A stretch of DNA of 43,467 nucleotides. Source: Planctomycetota bacterium (lineage in GTDB: Bacteria > Planctomycetota > B15-G4 > SIAN01). The stretch spans positions 1 to 43,467 of the forward strand of contig JANNXA010000017.1 in assembly GCA_031409275.1 (NCBI GenBank), written 5' to 3'. Below, piece after piece: positions 38,938 to 43,467 of the stretch. The notes under the pieces were generated by a model. It made no database searches, was not told the origin of the DNA, and saw only the letters and a list, made by a program, of their open reading frames with translations. The position numbers and the translations under genes are program-made. Numbering within the stretch: the first letter of the stretch is position 1; the number at the start of each line of letters is the position of its first letter.

Positions 38938-41724
38938 TCAGCGCGCCGCGAGCTTCCACAGCTCCGCGAGGCGCGCCGCCATCCACGGCACCTGCGAGCA
39001 CCAATCGCGGATCTCGACCGTCTCGCGCAGCACCGCCGGGTCGCCGCCGTCCTCGACGATCCAGCGACGCGCGAGCTCTTCGGCCCGATCGAAGTGACGG
39101 ACCGCCGCCTCGTACTGTCCGTCGCGCTCGACCGTCCACGCGATGTGGAAGCCGGCGATCGCGGCGACGCGGCGATCGAAGGACGAGACGCCCGGCGCGA
39201 GCAGCATCTGCTCGATCTCCGGCGCGACGGCGCCGCGGTCGCTCTCGATCACGCAGCGCAGGAGCGGCAGCCAGTGGACGAGGCGTGGCCGCGCCTTCCC
39301 GTCGTCGCGCTCGCTCCGCGGCACCTGGCCGGCGAGCGGTGCGACCTCGGCCGCCAGCTCGGCCGCCTCGAACGTCCTCCCCTGCACCAGCGCGACGTCG
39401 CGGAGAGCGGACAGCAGCTCGACGAGCCCGGCGCCGATCGTGTCGGGATCGTCCGTGATCAGCAGTTCGGTGCGTCCCTTGAGGATCGCCGTTTCCAGCA
39501 GCGCGCGCGCCTCCGCGGTCCTGCCCGCCGCGAGCAGCACCGCGCCGAAGCTCGCGCGAACCTCCATCGCGGCGAGACGCGCGATCGGCCGCTGCGCGTA
39601 CCATTCCTCCATCAACGCCGCGTTGTCGCACGTAATCCAGGCTTCCCGGACGGCTGCCGCGACCGCACCGAGCCGGATCTGGCAACGGACGAGGATCGCG
39701 ATCCCGCGGAACAGTTCCGCCTCCAACTGGGCGTCCGTCCGTTCGATCCGCTCGATGCGCTGGGTGGCGGCCCGCAGCGTCGCCTCCGCGGCGGCGATCT
39801 CGGGGAGCCCCCCTTCGGCAAGGAGCGCGCTCGCAAGAAGGCGGCAGGCGCCGCTGTGCTCCGCGTTCAGCCGCAGATCGTCCGGCCGCCGCGCGAGCGC
39901 GGGGATGTAGGCGTCGATGGCGGCGCGCGCCGCGGCGATCTCGCCGGCGCGATCGCCCCGCTCGTGGCAGATCAGGAGCTGCTCGCGGCGGGCACGGGCG
40001 CGGACGGCGAGAAGCTCCGGCGCGTCGCCGAGCGATCCGAGCAGCGTCGTGATCTCGCGCTCGGCGTCGGCGAACCGCCGCTCGCCGACGAGCGCGCTCA
40101 CGACGAGCTGGCGCGTTTCGGCAAGCTGCACCGCATCGCCCGCCTCGACCACGCCGTCCCGCGCAGCGAAGCCGTCGATCGCGTCGCGGAGCAGCGGGAG
40201 CGCGTCGCCGAACTTCCCGAGCTGCGTCTCGATCCGCCCCATCGCAAGCAGCGTCGACGCGCGGCTGCGGCGGATCGCCGGGTCCTCCTCGCCGAGCGCC
40301 GGCAGCTCCTGGATGATCGCGTGCGCCTCCTGCTCGAGCTGCAGACGCGTCTCGGCGTTGTCGATGCCGCTGTCCGCCTCGATCTCGGCGATCGTCCCGA
40401 GCATCCGGTTCAGGACACCGAGCGTGCGATGGAGCGCGTCGCGCGAGCTCCGGCGCTGGCTGTTCTGCTGCCACGCGATCGCGCTCGGCGTGCCGATCAG
40501 CACGAGCAACACGAGCGCCGCGACAGCGGCCTGCGCTGGCTCGCGCGCGATCCAGCGGGCGACTCGCGTCAGGAGCCCCGCCCGGCGCGCCTCGATCGGG
40601 CGGCGCTCGAGGACGTGGCCTAGATCGCGCGCGAGGTCCGCGGCCGTGGCGTAGCGGTTCGCCGGCGCGTGGCTCATCGCGACCTGGCAAACGGTCTCGG
40701 CGTCGCGCTGAACAGCGGCGTTGCGCGCGCGGATCGGCGGCAGCCGGCCCGAGTCGATGGCGGCGGCCAGCGCGACGCGATCCGGCGCGCAAAACGGCGG
40801 CGCGAGCGCGAGCAGTTCGTAGAGCGTCACGCCGAGCGAGTAGACGTCGCTGCGCGCGTCGACCTGGTCGAGCTCGCCGCGCACGATCTCGGGCGGCGAA
40901 TAGGGCAGCGAGCCGATCTGCGAGCCGCTCCTGGTGATCTCCGACGCGTCCTCGGAGCTCGCCAGCCCGAAGTCGAGGAGCACGACGCGGCCAGCGGGCG
41001 TGACCATCACGTTGCTCGGTTTCACGTCACGATGGAACACGCCGCGGCCGTGCGCGTGGGCCAGCGCCTCGGCGACCTGCCGGACGATCCGCACGCAGGC
41101 GTCGCCGTAGCTGCCGGCGAAGAGCCAGGTCGCGGCGGCGGCGGCCTCGTCGACCTCGGGATCGGCGGCGACGCGAGCGACCGCGCAGGCGAGGTCGGAG
41201 CCGGTCAAGGTCGCCGGCGGCCGCTCGCGCAGCTCGGCGACGATCTGCGCCAGCGTCGCGCCGCGCAGGTACTCCATCGCGAAGTAGGGCGTCCCGTCCG
41301 AGTCGCCGACGAAGTGGATCGGCACGATCGCCGGATGCTGCAGCTTCGCGACCGTCTCGACCTCGCGCTGGAAGCGCGTGCGCGTCTTCGGGAAGAAGAG
41401 GTAGTCGGGTCGGATGACCTTCAGCGCCACGTCGCGGCCGAGCGACTCCTGGCGGGCGAGGTAGACGACGCCCATGCCGCCGGCGCCGAGCCGTCGGATC
41501 AGCCGGAACTCGCCGAGCCGTTCGGGGATCCGTTCGTCGTCGTTCGGCTTCGCGGCCAGCAGGTCGAACGTCTGCAGCCGGGCGAGCCGCTCACGCAGCG
41601 CCGTCGCATGGGCGGGATGCTCGGCGCAGATCCGCTCGATCGCGGACGCGCCCTCCGATTCCATCCGGTCGAGGCACTGCTCGACGAGCGACTGCACCGA
41701 TTCCGACTCGTCGCTGGTCACCAC
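38938..41724 (-). CDS. Serine/threonine protein kinase with TM segment and TPR-like helical C-terminus
   Basis: LGAGGMGVVY, VALK, HRDVKPSN, DFGLA, GSLPYSPPE, SDVYSLGVTLYE. Confidence 0.95.
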   Translation of the reverse strand: MVTSDESESVQSLVEQCLDRMESEGASAIERICAEHPAHATALRERLARLQTFDLLAAKPNDDERIPERLGEFRLIRRLGAGGMGVVYLARQESLGRDVALKVIRPDYLFFPKTRTRFQREVETVAKLQHPAIVPIHFVGDSDGTPYFAMEYLRGATLAQIVAELRERPPATLTGSDLACAVARVAADPEVDEAAAAATWLFAGSYGDACVRIVRQVAEALAHAHGRGVFHRDVKPSNVMVTPAGRVVLLDFGLASSEDASEITRSGSQIGSLPYSPPEIVRGELDQVDARSDVYSLGVTLYELLALAPPFCAPDRVALAAAIDSGRLPPIRARNAAVQRDAETVCQVAMSHAPANRYATAADLARDLGHVLERRPIEARRAGLLTRVARWIAREPAQAAVAALVLLVLIGTPSAIAWQQNSQRRSSRDALHRTLGVLNRMLGTIAEIEADSGIDNAETRLQLEQEAHAIIQELPALGEEDPAIRRSRASTLLAMGRIETQLGKFGDALPLLRDAIDGFAARDGVVEAGDAVQLAETRQLVVSALVGERRFADAEREITTLLGSLGDAPELLAVRARARREQLLICHERGDRAGEIAAARAAIDAYIPALARRPDDLRLNAEHSGACRLLASALLAEGGLPEIAAAEATLRAATQRIERIERTDAQLEAELFRGIAILVRCQIRLGAVAAAVREAWITCDNAALMEEWYAQRPIARLAAMEVRASFGAVLLAAGRTAEARALLETAILKGRTELLITDDPDTIGAGLVELLSALRDVALVQGRTFEAAELAAEVAPLAGQVPRSERDDGKARPRLVHWLPLLRCVIESDRGAVAPEIEQMLLAPGVSSFDRRVAAIAGFHIAWTVERDGQYEAAVRHFDRAEELARRWIVEDGGDPAVLRETVEIRDWCSQVPWMAARLAELWKLAAR

Positions 41725-41825
41725 GTTCGACTCGTTGTCCTGCTCCGACCGACCGGCAGGACCGCAATCATGCCACGCACGCGACGTTCGCCGGCCGCGA
41801 GCACGATCCGATCGGCGTGAATCGA

Positions 41826-42581
41826 TCAGCGGCCGACGCGCGCATGGCTCTCATATCCCTCCCTCCGGTCGCCGCCCTCGCCGCCGACGTTGACCACGGT
41901 CGCGCGGCCGAAATCGAAGCAGAGAAGACGCACGGCCCAGTTCCCGGGCGCGCTATCCCAGCCGAGCGAGCGGAGCAGCATGAAGCCCTCGCGATCCGGA
42001 CCGGACCCGAAGTCGAGGAGGGTCAGGTCGAGGAGGCCCCATGGCTCGTTCGCGGAATCGGCGGCGGGTCGCGAGTCGTGCCGGAAACCCGCTCCTGCGA
42101 AGTGCATCGAGCGTCCCAGCGTCGCCGCCCCCTCGTCCAGCGGCCGCCCGCAGAACGGAAAGAGCAGGTTGAAGAGGAGCAGCGAGCAGCGCTCGGCCGG
42201 CAGGCTGTCGATCGTGACGTCCTGCTGCGCCGTCCCGCGCCCGATCGCCAGGTGGAGCGGCTGCCCCGCGCCAGCCGCGAAGGTGACGTCGGAGAACGTC
42301 GCGTAGTCGGGCGTCGCTTGCCCGTTCACCGCCGTGATCACGTCGCCCGCGCGCACGCCGGCGCCCGCGAGCGCGCTGTGCGCCGGCACGTGGGTGACCA
42401 GCACGCCGTGCGCGTCGAGCGGCACCTGGTTCTCGGCGCGCAGCTCGTCGACGAGCGTGCAGCCGATCAGGTGGACGCCGCCGCCTTTCTCGACGTTCCA
42501 CGCCATGCAGCCGCCGAGCGGCAGCGTTGCGAGCAGCGTCATTGCGATGAACGAACGGCGAATCGAGTTCGAGCGGCACAT
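41826..42581 (-). CDS. PDZ-domain lipoprotein
   Basis: AGGAGG RBS; lipobox LGGC; GVLVTHVPAHSALAGAGVRAGDVITAVNG. Confidence 0.8.
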   Translation of the reverse strand: MCRSNSIRRSFIAMTLLATLPLGGCMAWNVEKGGGVHLIGCTLVDELRAENQVPLDAHGVLVTHVPAHSALAGAGVRAGDVITAVNGQATPDYATFSDVTFAAGAGQPLHLAIGRGTAQQDVTIDSLPAERCSLLLFNLLFPFCGRPLDEGAATLGRSMHFAGAGFRHDSRPAADSANEPWGLLDLTLLDFGSGPDREGFMLLRSLGWDSAPGNWAVRLLCFDFGRATVVNVGGEGGDRREGYESHARVGR

Positions 42582-42682
42582 GACCGGTCCTCCTTGCGGC
42601 GCATCACGTCGCGCCATGGAGAACAACAACGCGGACGGGCGGACGTGTCGCGAGGATCGACGCGACAAAGCTCGATCGACGC

Positions 42683-43276
42683 TCAGCCCGGCGATGGCCC
42701 GAGCGCCTCGGCCAGCCCGGCGAGCGCCCGATGGAGCAGGCTGCGCGTCGCGAGCTCGCTGCGGCCCATCTGCTCGGCGACCTCCTTGTGCGAGAGGCCC
42801 AGCACGCGCGCGAGCGCGATCACCTCGCGGTGCTCCTCGGGGAGCTGCTCAAACGCCCGCTCGAGCCGGTCGAGCTGCTCGTGCGCCGACGCGTCGCGCG
42901 ACGGCGTGAGGAGGCTCCTGCAGGCGGCGGCCATCTCCGCGTCCGCGTCGCCGCCGGAGAGTCGCTCGCTCCTGGCCGCGCGCCGGTCGCGATTCCAGAA
43001 CTTCGCCTTGTTGCGGAGGAGTCGGATCGCCGTCGTGAAGAGCCAGCGGCGGAAGTTCTCCGATCCCTGATGCTGGAAGCGCTCCGCGTGCTCGAGGATC
43101 TCGCGGCAGATCGAGCTGACGAGGTCGGCTGACTCCTCGCGCGCGCGCAGCCCCGGATTCATGCGCAGCCGGACGAAGGCACGCAGCTTCGGCAGCTCCC
43201 GGACGAGCAGCGCGCCGACGACGTCGTCGTCGCCCTGGGAAGCAGGCTCCATCAGGTCGTCGGGGTCGTGGCTCAT
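42683..43276 (-). CDS. ECF sigma-70 factor
   Basis: LRAFVRLRM, DLVSS, FRRWLFT (region 2); TPS linker; LPEEHREVI...GLSHKEVAEQMG...LLHRAL (region 4); GGAGG RBS. Confidence 0.93.
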   Translation of the reverse strand: MSHDPDDLMEPASQGDDDVVGALLVRELPKLRAFVRLRMNPGLRAREESADLVSSICREILEHAERFQHQGSENFRRWLFTTAIRLLRNKAKFWNRDRRAARSERLSGGDADAEMAAACRSLLTPSRDASAHEQLDRLERAFEQLPEEHREVIALARVLGLSHKEVAEQMGRSELATRSLLHRALAGLAEALGPSPG

Positions 43277-43467
43277 CACGCCTCCTGCGGTCGGCCCCGC
43301 CGCCCGGGGGAATGCCCGGTAGGAGGCTAGCCCCTGGGATGACCGCCGCGCAACGAAACGCCGCCAACGTTGATGAATCTAGCAAGCAGCGCCACTGCCG
43401 ACGGTCCGCGAGGTTCGTGGACCGCCCGAGCGACGCTCTCCCAGGAGGTCCGACATCGTGAACTCGA

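Overview
High-GC accessory region, probably from a Planctomycetota genome (inferred from the ECF sigma/Ser-Thr kinase cluster, the carboxypeptidase-regulatory-like protein, SASA/DUF2341 proteins and the transposase type). About 20 unrelated genes, mostly encoding secreted or envelope proteins, plus several pseudogenes, are punctuated by at least 10 copies of one transposon left end (consensus CCCGTAGGGTGCAACCGAACGGCCGCCCCCGAA, about 80 bp). All copies are on the + strand, and six lie 15-122 bp after the stop codon of a co-oriented gene, giving a cassette-array-like layout with no intact recombinase in the window. The end belongs to a decayed integrase-core (rve, DDE) element, best seen at 6873-8133. 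One non-coding derivative of about 665 bp occurs twice and carries a 42-bp invariant hairpin and a tRNA-3'-like 17-mer. Three different secreted proteins share one C-terminal module of about 110-130 aa ending in VLGY. Also present are a 160-bp hairpin MITE with a CTAA target duplication, an IS3 stub, three DUF3494 ice-binding-like sequences, a Csp-like copper storage protein, a SRAP protein, a di-haem cytochrome c and carbohydrate esterase fusions. All protein calls come from motif recognition by eye; no database search was run.
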